The position numbers were made by a program, and so were the translations under genes. From Amphiscolops sp. MND2022 (lineage: Eukaryota), in assembly GCA_964187785.1 (NCBI GenBank), contig OZ076419.1, positions 31,186,001 through 31,250,000 of the forward strand: 64,000 nucleotides of DNA, in the 5' to 3' direction. This document shows positions 44,665 to 58,511 of the stretch, in pieces. Each line of letters starts with the position of its first letter. The stretch's first letter is position 1. A model generated the notes under the pieces. That model was not told the DNA's origin, ran no database searches, and worked only from the letters and a program-made list of their open reading frames with translations.

Positions 44665-45619
44665 CCCGGGTCGACCATCCATGGATATCTTAGTAAGATC
44701 TTGCCAAGATTTTGCCAAGAATTGCAAGATGTCATGGTAAGATCTTATTAAGAGACCCATGTTCCCAAGAAAAATTTTATTGTAAAATCCTATTTGGCAA
44801 GAAAAAACTGAAAGTAAGTCAACATAAATCAACATTTTTGCAGATTTATATTGTTAGACATCAAAGTTTTCTGTTAGCAAGGGATAAAATTTGATTTGTG
44901 CTGTGTCCTTGTGCTGTTTATTGCACTGATTTAATTTGTTCTATCAATGGCAAAGCCGTCGCCTACAACGGCGTCAGAAAAGCCTCGAGCTGAATCATTA
45001 CCCAAACCGTGATAATGACCACCATTTCTAATAGTAATACGGCTGCTGAAACAGGCACAACAAAAGACGGAGATATGACTTTACAAAAAATTTCCGGATT
45101 TCTTAGTGTTCCCTATATAATTTTCCGATAGTGACTTTGGACGTTTGAGAACATTTTTCTCCGTCTCTGGAATCGACAGAAGTGATACGTTGCAAGTTTT
45201 CAAAAGTCCTCGAAATGAGCGTTCAATTGGAACATTCGCATTTCTCAGTCTTCAACAGGTGAGGAGTAATTAGAATTCTCATCAGAATTTTGGAAGCCAG
45301 TATACGTTATCGTACTTTTTCGCACAGTTTTGCATGCAAATTTGTTTCAGTAGCTTTAAGCATTTCGATTTTGAAAACGAGTAGAAATATTCGTTGTTGG
45401 GTGAAATGAGCGTCTCGGCTGCTTGTACCGAAAGTATAGTGTTTTTTATAATCTTAGAAACTTGTCCATTGTAATAAGATACGATCTTGGAATATTGTAT
45501 AAACTCGGAAAGATCTTATCAAAATTCTTGGAATGGGTTCCATGGTCGCCAAGATGTAGAAAGAATTTGGTAAGATCTTGCCAAGACAGCCAAGATGGTA
45601 GTAAAAAGGCCAACCCGGG
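44665..45619. mobile_element. TA-flanked MITE with CCCGGGT(C/T)G ends and AAGATCTT subterminal repeats
   Basis: TA|CCCGGGTCGA...CAACCCGGG|TA, with inverted clusters of caaga/tcttg motifs at both ends. Confidence 0.75.
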
Positions 45620-48324
45620 TAATTTAAAAGAACCTACTTACCATTTTTGGTTGGCCCTGTTCCACGCATGTTTTGCACTCAGCGGTGAATTCAATTTTGT
45701 TAACTTTCTGTTAATACAATTTGTATTTCAGTTTGATCTTAAATATGCGTAAAACCGAGCGCCGAAGTACTGAGGTACTTAAAATACGTGAGTAAACACA
45801 AAAGGATGTACAAAATAAAAGCCAAGCCAGATATAAACCAATATGATGTGTCAAATTTTTGGCCTTAAATTATTGCATTAGCTAGTTTTGCATTCTTTAA
45901 TTCATTTAGCGATTGAAATATTTTCTCTAACTATCGCTATCGCTAGTTGATGCTGAATTGTCGCTAACGCTACCGCTATCGGTGTCGCTATCACACCTCT
46001 GGTCGAGACTGAAATGATTATCGAGATGCATGAACAAACCATCGAATGATCAGTTTAAGGCAAACTTTTGCGTGAACAACTTTTCTAAACAGTGCATTAA
46101 CAATTTTTAGGTGGATTCAATAACTTCGTGGTGTTTTGATTGTTTTCACGGCTGGTATTATTCTACAAAACTGCTTCTGAAGACTATGTTGAACTTTTAC
46201 AACCAAAAACTCTTTGAGCCATTTCTTTTGAGATGATATTTTATGGGAAAAGGTGCTGAAAACACTGTAGAACTTTTTAGCGTCTTTTTTCAAAGTTAAT
46301 TATAAATTCAAAATGAACTCTTGAGGTTAAAATTGTCCATGTGTTGATATGTTATGCGTTCAAAAGCCTCGTTCTACGTTGTTGGCCTTTGATAATTCTG
46401 ATTATTTGCAAAATAATGTGCTAAGCGTTTGGTGATATCAGCTTTATCGAATTCCGGCACTATAAATGTCATATTTTATTAGCAAGCGAACTATGTGGAA
46501 AACAATTACCTTATCAGTCCCTTGTTAGCGCAAATTTTGCAAACATCCGTTCTAATAGAATTTGATTCAACCATCGATTTGGTATATTTTTAATGCTGGA
46601 TTTTCCTTGCAAAAATCTAACAGCGCAATTTTCACATTTGATTCTCCAACAAAATTGAGCCCAATTTTTCTGCTCTTTCATGATTGGTTAAAATTCCGTG
46701 CAAACTTCATTCCTTGGCCGCCAAATTTTCAACCATTTATCTGATCGCCTATTATTGTAAGATGAAGAGAACGAGAAATTGTGCAAGGGAAGATAATCCG
46801 TAATTCACTGTTTCAAACGACGTTTTTCTCTAGCAGGATATAATTCTATAAATAGCAAAGATGCGACTTGAAGGACAACTAAAAACAACACAAGCCCCAC
46901 ACAAGCTGATTGACAGGGCTCCAAGAGAAGGTATTTTGTAGACCCTGGAAAAAGTTTGAAGAAGTATTTATTGCCTCTCCGAGACTATTTTGAGATAAAA
47001 GAGAATCGTTGCAAATTTATACTTGCTTATATTCAAGTGAAAGTTTGAAGAGATTCTAAAAAACTGAGACTCATGCATTTTGAATGATATGCGTTTAATA
47101 TTACATGCAAGATTTGCGTGATCATACAGCTCAAAGAAAGACACTGAATAGGTCTTCATGATTTCCATCATGAGTAATTACATGGTGCACACAAAAGTTT
47201 TCCTTTCACTTCGAAAAATTTGAATACAAAACCTATTCAATGAAAAGAGTTGAAATGAAAGTTTTTCCCTGAATACGTTCGATGAGCGCCGAATAAGCAG
47301 CTCAACTGTTGTAAGTCAGCGTCCGTTCCGATCTTCTATCTCCTCATACTTGCAGCCAAGTGGGCATACAAGCATTGGTAAGCTTGAAACTGTGGTTTCA
47401 CAGTGGCTCGATCAAGTTTCCCCAAACCATGAACTTTAAGTTTCTACACAATGGTATTTCTGTATGGATTTAATTAATCTCCATGTATGGATTTAATCAA
47501 GTGTCAAAACGCACAACAAGTCAGTGATGATCACATTTTTGTTTATCGAATTTTTTTTGGTGAAATGATACCAAGAAACGTAATCAAATTGTGTAAGTGT
47601 TGCTTCAATTATCAAATTATGATGATAATTTTTATTTTCTTTTTTATCTTTTTTCATTCTTAAAAGACCGCGGTATAACCACCACCTTCACTTCAAAAAC
47701 GAGATTTTTTTCAAATTTGCCATAGCTTCTTGTTCGCAGCTTGTTCATTTGACAGCTAAAGTTGAATAAAAGGTGATTCTCGAGAGAAATGCCAAGAATT
47801 GAAAAAGTGTTTCTGATTAAGAAGTTCAATTGGCAAAGCTTCAAGCTATCGTGCAAGTTTTCTGAAAACTAACTAGCACAAAAAGTGTCTGGGCACTTTA
47901 TAAAATAATTTTATTGAGAGTTTTCTCATAAATTGCCAATAATATTTAGCTTCTTTTAAAAAATTTACTTTGGATTTTTAAACGAGTTTTGAGATGCATT
48001 TTGTTGAAAGAAAGCAGTGCTGTAATTGTGCCGCGGTGCTTAGGAAACTTTGAACTTTGACCGGCGTGTGTGTAACTGTGACGCGTTTGGTTCCGGTAGG
48101 TTGGCATTAGGTGGAGACTTTGCAAGTCGGCAATGTCCTCTGTGTTAGAGGATTCAGTTGTCTTACTCAGTTGCTGACGTGTAACTTGTGTCTTTTCCTG
48201 GCTTTGATGCACATATGTCTCCAGCAACACTTCGGTTTGGTGGATATTCCTGCATCATTGATTCATGTTTTACATTTTTACTTCCGCCCATATTCCATAT
48301 GGGAACGGAAATTTATTCTCATAA

Positions 48325-48979
48325 AACAAGTTGCTTTTTTCAGTCGGCGTTTTATGAAAGAAAAACGCAACTATTATAGTGGCTTTTGCACGTTTTCTTA
48401 AATGAAGGCGAACTGACCAAAAGAGATCTTCAAAAGTTCTAAAAATCTTTAGAGGTGCCATTTGGCCTCGTGAACTGAAATGTATTAATTTTTCTCCAAA
48501 TATGAACAAAACATTCCGCTGTGTCCGAATTTGTGAGGTTATATTCGAAGTAAATTGCGTTTTCTCAAGAAGGTGGCGGAGGTTCGAACCCCTGGTTGTA
48601 ACCCCCTGGAGGAGGCTCCCCTGGTTGTAACTAAAAGTTTTTTCATGTTTGCAAAACTAGACTGGATCAAAAACCTTTCAATTGTTTTCGAAGCTGTGGT
48701 TTTTCGAAAACTTTTACATTTCACCAGCTTAGTTTTTTTTCTGTTAGAAAAATAGTGTTGGGGACTAAAGAGTCCTTTTTGTTTTTCAGCACTCTGCGAC
48801 ATTTTTGTTGAAATATTTATCGATTTCAGCTACCATAAGGCATTTTTCGAGCTGAAATGGTGTATTTGAACACTGCTATGTTTATGAGAAATTTCTCAAT
48901 AAATGTCACTGAAGTTCTTTAAAAGTATTTGTTTTTGTGCTCTTAAGAGGGCACCAACTTGCGTAATTCCCGGCTTGTT
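48325..48979 (+). mobile_element. Copy of the same Helentron-like repeat with AACAAG...CTTGTT ends
   Basis: Begins AACAAG...CAGTCGGCG (head shared with 23131 and 60170) and ends ATTCCCGGCTTGTT. Confidence 0.5.
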
Positions 48980-49041
48980 CGAAAAGTTCTGTAAATCAGC
49001 CAGGCTATAGAATATTTCTGAACGAACTCGAGTTTCAACCT

Positions 49042-49550
49042 CCCTGTTTGAAACTGTTTGAACTTTTTACAAGTTTTTGTAAGTTACCAAGCTAATTTTT
49101 CTGGATTTTATAAAAGTGCCAGGGAAAATTTTATGCATTAAAATTTCACTTATTCGATTTAATTTTGAAAGCATCCTAAAAATTTGGCGGTAATTCTGAG
49201 CTGCGACGTTTTGCAGGTTTCATCAAGAAGTCGTTCTAGTTTTGAATACAGCTGAGACGTCATCAATTTTACCACGTTTTCAACGCAAAAAACTTCAGTC
49301 ACATTGTAAGTATCAAAGTAGCGTCGTATTCAGCATGCTATTTGACTAACGGTGATTACATAAAGTCCTCACTTCAGAAACCTAAATATGAAAACAAAGT
49401 GCTCACGGCGGTGAAGAAGTGGAAATGCTTTCAGTTTTAATTCAAAGAAGGGAGGCTGCATTGTAATCCTACAAAACGTTTCCATGTATGTTCCCTTAAT
49501 TTTCCATGTTTTCCAGAAAATTAGCCTGCATGTTTCCATTTGCCCAAGCA
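49042..49550 (-). mobile_element. Partial copy of the same MITE family
   Basis: Starts CCCTGTTTGAAACTG. The body matches 59299-59770 (tttgactaacggt(g/a)attacata; cggtgaagaagtggaaatg). The other end is eroded. Confidence 0.65.
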
Positions 49551-50900
49551 CGTCATGTCCGAATTTTGGCGTTAAATACGAAGTATAGTGCGTTTTACCA
49601 AGGAGGAGACGAAGACTTGAAAAAAGCGCGTCATCCGAATTATATCCAAAGCCTTTGACTTTCTGATGATAATAGAAGCAAAAAGCTTTTTTGCACCCAA
49701 AAGTGTCCCCTTTGGGCTTTTGGGTACCTGTGAAATTGAAAATTTGATTTAAAAAATACTTGATGCATTGACGCTTATGCTGTCCCCGGCTTGTTGATAT
49801 CCCAAATTTGCTCCTACTCGAATTTCATACTGAAAAGATGGATAATTTTCGGGAGAACTCAAACTATCACAGAACTTGGTTGCAGCTAATGTATTTGTGG
49901 AGAAAGTCACTATTTTAAAAACCTATTCTTTATTGCCCTAAAGTCGTTCAATTACTGTGTTGTTCAAAAGCAGCACGAATGTGTATTAATTATAAAACTC
50001 TGGTTTCAGACTCACAGTAACTGGCCGAACATACTACATCCTTTTTGAATTTCTCTTTCCGAACCTGATTTTTGCACCATTTTCCAATAACTCAATTGAA
50101 GTTTCCATGACGTTTATTTTGTGAAGAATCAAATGATCTGACTTACTACTACTATTTGATCCCTCGGTCCTATTTTCTGATCATTTAAATCTGTTCATGG
50201 AGCCCGTTTTTGTCTGACAGCTTTGTAATACACCAGATTTATTATATTGTAAATCTATTTGTTTATGGATTTATAGAAACAGCCGTCAAAAAAATCATAA
50301 AAAAGTGAAAATTCAAAAGGTTTTAGTTGTTTTGACAGCTGTTTCTAACCATCAGAAGAACCAAAACATTTTGAAGTTAGTCCGTTTTGAGCGCTTTTCG
50401 AACAATCTTTGAAGGTTTAGTTTGGTATGACTACCCACAGAGATGAACAAAAAATACCAAAAGCTACCTAACATTCAAAACTTACCTAATCTTCAAAAAG
50501 ATTTTACTATTTCCGCTCCGAAATTCCCCAAAACTCTTGACTCATATTTTGACTCATATTTTGACAGCTTGATTCAATTGTAATTCACTTTATGAACGTT
50601 TTCGTGGATATGAATGATAAAAGATTCCATGAAAAGGCAATTGGCTACGTAGCGTACTTTGTTGGAAAGAAATCTGAAAATTTTTGGCAGAAAGTGCTGA
50701 AATTGATCCAAAAATCGTCAAATTTTCTGAGTTTTCCGTGCTAATTTATTTAGTAATAGATATACGATATATCCCTAAAACCGTATTTTTGCTGAAATGA
50801 TTGTTGTAGACTCGTACAGTACAGCTTGGGAGCAGTTGAGATTTTTGGTTCCTTCTTTGGAGATGCTAGCCATGTAATATGCTTCCAAAATGTTTCCCTA

Positions 50901-51431
50901 CCCTAGTTGAGACTGCAGGAACTTTTTACATGCTGCAGGCCTGCATGCAGGGTAATTTCTTATAAAACCCAGAAAATTCAGTGGTACTACAGGTGGTAAA
51001 TTTTGTAGAATTACACTGCATTTTCCACTACTGCAATTAAATTTGAAAATAAATTCCACCACATTACCGACACAATCACTTTGTATTCACACATCTGATG
51101 TGATCACCGCTTCTCAAATAGCACGCTAAAGATGACGCTAATTTGCAGTTTAGTAAGCGACTGAAGTTATTTTGCCTTAATTTAGCAGTAAAATTGATAA
51201 CAATTTATTTACTTTTAAAATGATAGCTGCTGCTTAATAGAACCTGCAAAACTTCAGGGCTTAAAATTGCCGCCAAAACTTTGATAAATCTTTCAAGCAG
51301 CTTGATAAAAGTCGAATACAACAGGTAAATCTTTTCGCATGAAAGTTTCCGTAAGAGTTTTAGAGAATCATAATAAAAGTTGCAGGCAACATTAAAGTAC
51401 ATTCAAAAAGTTCAAGAAGTTTCAACTAGGG
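50901..51431 (+). mobile_element. TA-flanked MITE, CCCTAGTTGA-ended family (copy 2)
   Basis: Perfect terminal inverted repeat CCCTAGTTGA/TCAACTAGGG with TA on both sides. A TA TSD suggests Tc1/mariner-type mobilisation. Confidence 0.85.
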
Positions 51432-54400
51432 TAGGAAAGACAGTATTTTCTAAATTTTTCCTGTTTCGTTTTGGGACTAGTTTTACTTGATAATTTTAGA
51501 TATCAGTCATGCCATTTCTGATTTTGTTTTTTCAACCATTTGCTCAAGCGGTAATTTTGATAACTTTTGATAGCAAAAATCGAAATTCCGAGGCCCTTCA
51601 AACTTGAAAATTTTCTACAAAAATGTAGACCCAGAGAATGCTTCCTCATAAAATATATAGAGTATTCAATATAAAATATGGGAAACGATTTAGTACCGGT
51701 TTCGAACTGTTTTCATCGGTTCCAATCGCCTACATCTCTTCATCAAATAAACTTTCAACAATTGGCTAAGAAATCCTTGAAATTTTACAATCGCATTATG
51801 TGGCGACGAGAGAATTTTGCGTACAGAATGCCAGAATAAATGGGGTGTTTAAGCAATTAATAAAATTGATCAATGGGCTTCTTAAGACCAGCTAAATGGG
51901 TTTGGTCGAGGCTGGTTGCCTCTGTGCAGACAAGGGGGCGCCGCTTGTCGGGGCATTTTGCCCGGTGGAGTGTGAATTGTTGCGGGGATATTTCTGCAAT
52001 GATTGATTGAGCCACATCCACCGGCCTTTCCACCCAGAACCTACCCCTTGCAAGCTGGAAAGCTGTTAGTTATGTAATCATTTGTGGGCTCTTGCAATAC
52101 GTGGAATATGTTTTAACTCTTTTACCCATTCAACTTAATCATTTTGCACAGACAACATTCATTCGAATTTCTAAATTTCTCTAAATCGTCAGAAAGCCCT
52201 TTTGCTCTGAGGCGGTTATAGTCCGTAGCCCCACTACCTGTCAAACTTTCCCGCATTTTTTCACAGTTTTTGCCCCATTGGGTCGTCTGGCTGATATTTC
52301 ACGCCTGTCGCATTCTGCTTTTCGAATTGCATAAATTGTTGAAATAACATTTTATCCCTTCTAAGTTTTAGGACCTCGTTTTTGTGTGCTATGGAAATTT
52401 TTTTCGTCATTTTTTTGGAATCTAAAGACATTCGGCTTCGTTTCGAAATTAAACCACGAGAGATCCATTAAATAATTTAATCCATTTAATCCATTCAAGA
52501 AAAACATAGCAAAAAGAAAAAACGCTTGCACGTTCCGTTTTGTGCGAAAAAGGTCTTAACAGCGGCTGAATACAAAAGTTGATCTTGGAAATATTTCGCT
52601 TTTAATTTGGTAGACATTTAGTGGTACTTTTCATGATACTTTTGGCTATCATTGTTCTTGCGTAATTTGGTGATAAGATTGAATACTTGGGGTCCTGCTT
52701 CTTGTGTATGTAGCAGTTACCAGAATCTGTTTCTCAGGGGAGTTGTCTGGGTACTGGAGAGTTGTAGAGAACAATGCTTTGTTGATATCTCAAGTACTTT
52801 GTGCGAATGTCCCAACGGCTTTTCTTTTGTTTCAACCGTGCCTATTGCTGGCACATTGCATGCATTTTTCCCCTGGGCATGCAAAAAGCAGCCAAAATTT
52901 AGATGCAGTGTAAGTAAAGGTTGGATAGGATAAGCCGCAGTAAGCCCAATTTGCTACCAGCATCTTGATTACTTACCTTTCCGATTTTACTTTAGATTGA
53001 GTTCCCATTTCTGATTAAATACCTGTTCCGTCTAAATACCCGTCGTTTCTGGTATCCCTCATTATAAACCCTATGCATGTATGCTTAATACCTGATCGTG
53101 ATTTACGTCTTTAGCCGGGCAGCTAGTACAGCAGAAATCACAGCTCACTTTGACCTGCGCGTCCAACCTGGAATAAAATTTAATACAATTTACAAAGCCA
53201 TGCGACAGAACGGCACAAGTTTATATAATCTACAAGATGGTATTGGATTGTATATTGCACTATAAATGAAAAAATAACAACATCAGCGGCCGCTGAAGTT
53301 GCGTAATATTCTTTTGGTGGTCCATATGTGGTCCGCAAATGAGGCGAAAAGACTTTTTGGATAAATGGACGCGAGGAAAAAGCAGTCAAAGGGAAAATAG
53401 AGGGAAAACGAAAAAGTTCTTTGTTGACTGAGAAGTAAGAGACAGGTTCAAAGATTAACAACAGTAAACTGTGGAATAGTCGAGTCGAATCTTTAACTCG
53501 GTGGAAAGACACCAACAATCTGAAAAAGTGGAAAGGAGGAAGAAAAACCTGTCACTTTTCGACTGCTAGTCTGCGCCCCTTGGCCAGTTCAGGGGAATGT
53601 GATTGCGCAATAGCAGCGCCGCAATCACAGTCCGTATTCAGGTCGCAGGGATATATCATCAAGAGCAAGAGGAAGGAAGCTGGGGTTGGGAAAGATAGTA
53701 GCTACCGATAGGGGTATAGGGAATAAAGGACCCGAAGGGGCAATTGAAAGAGAGCATAGAGGAAGGAAATTGGAAGGGAAACAAAAGGAAAGGAGCAGGC
53801 AAGATCAAAATAGGCTTCTTTGACCACCCGAGAAGCAAAAAACACACCAGAGGTTCGGGATTTATTTCAAAAAAGACCCCTTTGGTCCGAAAAGGAACGA
53901 CGGGAAACAAGAATAGTCAGTGGTGCGAGGGACTGGGGAAACGGCACCAAGATGGTGCAAAATCCAGCGGGGTTCTGTGAGTTGTCGTGTTGTTTGTGTT
54001 CGGGTGGCATCGGCTGTCTTATCGTGTTTTCTCGCTTCTCTGGTTCTTCCAACAGTGGCCCTTTTGGTCGCAACCACCATCATCAGCGCAACTGCAGTCG
54101 CCGCCATCGCCTCCAAATGCTGCTGCTTCTATGCTGCTGCCGTTTCCGCTCGCCTTCAATTTTATGCCTTCACTTAGTAAATAAATGTCGCTCGACCATA
54201 TGTTTACTTTCACTTATTTCACTTCCCATTAAATCACAACTTTCTTCCTTTCCCAATTTTCTTCCCCTGCTGTTGCCGGACAGAGCATGGGCCACACAAG
54301 ATTACCCCAATACCACTGTCTAGTCCGTGCTCACCTGCCTCGGCTAGCCTTTTCCCCACTTTTTGCCTCCTTTTTCTCAATCCTCGTACTTCACTGTTTT

Positions 54401-55499
54401 TCAACGTGTCTCTGGGAAAACTACTAAAACTACTCCTTGTATTAACAATCCCTCTAAGCATCAGATTAAATATTGTGACTGAAAATTTATCCCTTAATCC
54501 TTTTATTACCGAATTAGCATCTCTTTTCTTCACTTTCCGATAATATAGGCGCCTTCTATTGGTACGTTTTGGCCGTGTCAGTTAGTCTTGTCGTTTTTCA
54601 ATCACATTCTTGACTGACACTTAAATGATCATTCGTTTTTATACTGCTTTATTTTGACTTTTCCCACCATTCTTTATAGCCTTGGCTGTTACCTAAGTTT
54701 TGCAAATCGCCTTGCAAAAATTTGAAATTACTTTGACAAAAAATATTATTTCAGATGGCGACTTTTTATGCTGAGTTGATTATAAAATGTATTGTTAGGA
54801 GTGACTAGATTCGAATTTTGCACAAATATTGTTCTTTCCATTCAACTGACAGGCATCAAAGGTCTGAACAAAGAGAGAAGACTTCATTTCATTACTGCAA
54901 CTTTTCCTGTTTGTGCGAAAATGTTGGCACAATTTTACCCGCGCTTTTTAATCCTCATTTCCCGCCCCTTGTCTTCGTGAAAGGAGAAGAAATGTCGCCG
55001 GAAGCAGATTCCACTTTTTGTTCTCATTTGTTGGGCTGAATTGAACAAAAGTTGAAAGAGTGAGGTGGGAAATTTGTTCGGACAAATGGAATGAAGAAAA
55101 GAACGGAGCATCATCCAAGGCAACATTGAGACCTTGTGCTAAGAAGTGAAAACAAGCTGAAAACAAGGAAGAGCGCCGACAAATATTGCAAATTCTGTCG
55201 TTCTTGTTCACATTTTGCTGAGCAACTGTATATTATATGCCTGCGATTTTACATCTTGCTTCTTCTTGTAGTGATTGACTCCGTTTTGCTCCTTAGTATT
55301 CTGACAACATTTCTCCCGTTTGCATTAATTACATAACGGATGCCACTTTCACTTCCAATAACAACACCTCATTGTGATTTTGGGCTCGTTTCCCCACAAA
55401 CCTTCACTAAACCCTTTCCTCTGTTAATAACTACTCTCACTTCCAAATTCAATATACAAAGCAACATTTTCTCCTTCCCTAATTACAACACTACTGGGA

Positions 55500-55620
55500 G
55501 AACTAAAGTATAAAGTACACCCCCCCACCCACGTATTATACACACTCGTTTAGTCTCTTCCTCTCGCTCTCTTTCTCTCCCTATGCAAGTTCACCATTCA
55601 CAGTACTTTTGAAGCTCATT
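55500..55620 (+). promoter_or_regulatory. Promoter-like region (TATTATA, CT-rich tract, pyrimidine-rich Inr-like CATTCA)
   Basis: Composition and position ~130-240 bp upstream of the candidate ATG only. Confidence 0.25.
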
Positions 55621-55743
55621 CACACAACAACCTTCATCCCTTTTCAACTCTCACACTTGTGTAGCTCAACACCCTAACTTCTGAAAACTTCTCATTGCGA
55701 TTTTCTGTCTCACTTGAAGTTTTAGCACCAAACCCCAGAAACC

Positions 55744-55762
55744 ATGTCAAGACGCGGTGACA
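55744..55762 (+). CDS. Candidate first coding exon (MSRRGD + phase-1 donor)
   Basis: ACCATG start context followed by a consensus donor A|GTAAGT, downstream of a CT-rich promoter-like region. Confidence 0.35.
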
Positions 55763-57809
55763 GTAAGTTCACATTTCTATCACTTTTAGTTTAATTTCAC
55801 TGTTTTTTAAACTGGGGTCTTGAAACATTTCCAGGTCCATTTATTTAGCTGTTTGAGAAAAAGGAAGAGTACGTTGTTCAAATTTGTCGAATCTACTTTG
55901 AATGAAATCTAAACTGGATTTTTCTACCTGAATCGCTCGTAATGTCATTGTATAGGTTTTTCTTTTAGTTAACCGAATTGAGTCTAATTTCAGTAGCTAT
56001 ATCAGTCTTCAAATTTTAACCTGACCCTTTTTCCAAATTCGAAGTGTAGAACTTTTAAATACTTATCTTTTGATTAAATTACAAACTTTTTCAAGATACT
56101 ACCAATCAGTTATTCTACCATTAAGTTATTACTTCAAACTTGATAATATTAAAAATTTACAACGTTGTCCCTCTTAACCATGCTCTGTTATTACTTAGCA
56201 AATAGGTAAACCTTTTCTCTTCGATTGGTTTCGATACCCGATCGAATGAACTTTTTGGAAGCATTTCTCAACTGCCACATCTCTTTGATGAATTTCTTCA
56301 ATCGAATGTGTGCGGGTCATTCCATGCAAACTAAAAGTTCACTTTTGACTGCAATTAATATTCAACTTATCATCTTTATACAAACTCAGCTGTTCTTGAT
56401 AGTTCAGACGATTTCAAATCTGATGAAAGATTTCCGCAAATCTTTGTGGCCATTTTCGTTCAACGGGACGCTTCTTCACTGAAAAATGTTCAAGTATTTT
56501 GAGAATGGTATTTGGATGCTAGTCTGCAAGTCGGAATGAGGTTGATGGTAAGATGACCCGAAATTAAACAATGGTATTGTCATACGAACCCTGGTTCGGA
56601 AAAAGTTATTGCGGTTGCAAAGACCTATAAACACAAAAAGTAGCAAAATAAACTTCAACGGAACCAGAAGTCATTTCGTAGCATGAATTTTTAAAAGAAA
56701 GTTTACATTTTCCGATGAAATATTTCATGAATGTCTGTAGTACCATCTGCCGAAACTGAATAAAAACTCGATTTTAAAAAAGTTTTCTCAAAGTTTTAAT
56801 CACCTTTTCCCTCATTCGAAAGTATTGCCACTCCGGTTGCATAATTATCAGTTCTATTTTAAAACGCAGCTGCATTAAGAAAAAACAAGTATGCTAATTT
56901 GTAAGAAAGATCCTTGACATTGGATAACAAGTCAAAAACTTGCTTTTCCAAATTAGGTTGATTATTATTTTTTGAATATTGTCAGAAATTCCTGCTTTTT
57001 TACGAGCAGCGACTGGAACATTATTTCCTTTAGTTCCCAAGTGACTAGATTAACGGAAACGGATCTCAAATAGGATTCGAAAACAAATTTTTACTCTAGT
57101 CAACAAACCTTTTGCGAGATCAGATATCACTTGCACTGAACTCTCGACTTGTAACATGGATGAAACATTTCTTCTGAAGAAAACCATAACTACATACATC
57201 GTAACGGTTCTGTGAACTCTGCAATAAAGTTGTTTGCCAGTCTTGAGTTGAAGAGACAATAAATTCAACTTCTGAATTCTGCCGCATCACTATCAGAACT
57301 TATGCAGTTTGGAGACCCCGATTAGATGACATGACAGATCATAATCTCAATAACTTTTAATTCATTACGCGAGCACTTTTTCTGTTGAAGTTTCGCATTT
57401 TGGCCATTTTCATCAGTTAGAAACTTTTGAAGAAAATTTACTTTATCGACTCTTTTTTTTCACCCCAGATAAACCAAGAAATCGTTACGATACGACGAAT
57501 ATTCGATGGAGCCGAACCCTTCAAGCCAATCTTTCGAAAAATTAGAAAAAAATAAAACTTCAATCAACACGGGTTTACTTTGCAAAACAAATGGCTGAGA
57601 ATGAAACCTTTATTAGGCTCGAATTGAGATTTTTAGTGAAATATGCTTTTGCGAGGCAATGGAATCAGATCTTTATTCAAGTGCTCTTGTCGTCACTTGG
57701 TGGACCCTCTCCTCATTAGTATGTCTCAAAGTAGGTAGTTGAAGAGCACTGCTTTTTCTTCAGTGTTCCTACCATCCAAAAACAAACCCGAGATAAAAAA
57801 GGCTCCTTA

Positions 57810-58467
57810 CCTTAGTTGAAAAATTCACATCTTTTGCAAAATTCTTTCCAGAACTCTTGTAAGAAAAAGCATTATTTGACACTAACTCTTGCAAAGATAC
57901 AAGATTCTTGCAAAATTTGCGATTTTCAGCTAAAAATGGTCCAAAAAACTTTTACAAAATTTTTTGGACCATTTTTAGCTGAAAATCGCAAATTCGCGTT
58001 CGACTAGACGAAATACTGAAAAAAATCGTTGCTAACCTATCAATCAGAAAAATTTATTCGAGCGATGAATGACACTATTTCTATCTAAAATTTATGACAA
58101 TCTTCCAAATTTGGACCGTTTTCATCTAAACTTTATGACAATCTAACCCAAATCCATAGCCTGAAACCCAAATCAAAATCCTACCTATCTAGATTTTTCA
58201 CTCAGATGTCATTAAAAAAACACAAATCGGTCCCGCGAATCTTGAACGAATTGTTGGTTGATATTACAACTCGCATTTTTTGTAAGAATTTCTTACAAAA
58301 GGATGCAATCTTTGCAAAAATATTATTAGATTCTTGTAAGAAATGTTCAACATTGTTAAAAAAAACTTGCAAAATTTGCGACAACTTGTAAGATTCTTGT
58401 GAGAAATGTATAATTGGTAAGAATTTAGACCGAAATTTGCAAAAAGTGTGATTCCGAAAAACTAGGG
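57810..58467. mobile_element. TA-flanked MITE with CC(C/T)TAGTT ends and TCTTG/CAAGA subterminal repeats
   Basis: TA|CCTTAGTTG...AACTAGGG|TA, with repeated ttgcaaaa/tcttgtaag units near both ends. Confidence 0.65.
57914..57994. repeat. Perfect 35-bp inverted repeat with an 11-nt spacer
   Basis: 57914-57948 is the exact reverse complement of 57960-57994. Confidence 0.95.
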
Positions 58468-58511
58468 TAAACACACAAGCAGCTGATACGATAGCTAACT
58501 TCTAAATGATT

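Noticed and set aside
48581-48591. B-box-like GGTTCGAACCC
   Set aside because: There is no upstream A-box or cloverleaf; it lies inside a repeat-derived GC patch.
53820-54323. Overlapping ORFs in several frames on both strands (up to 167 aa)
   Set aside because: Openness in multiple frames reflects locally higher GC and few stop codons; no domain was recognised.
57100-57220. NMDETFL resembling the pogo/Tc5 DDE motif
   Set aside because: The flanking residues do not follow the family pattern.
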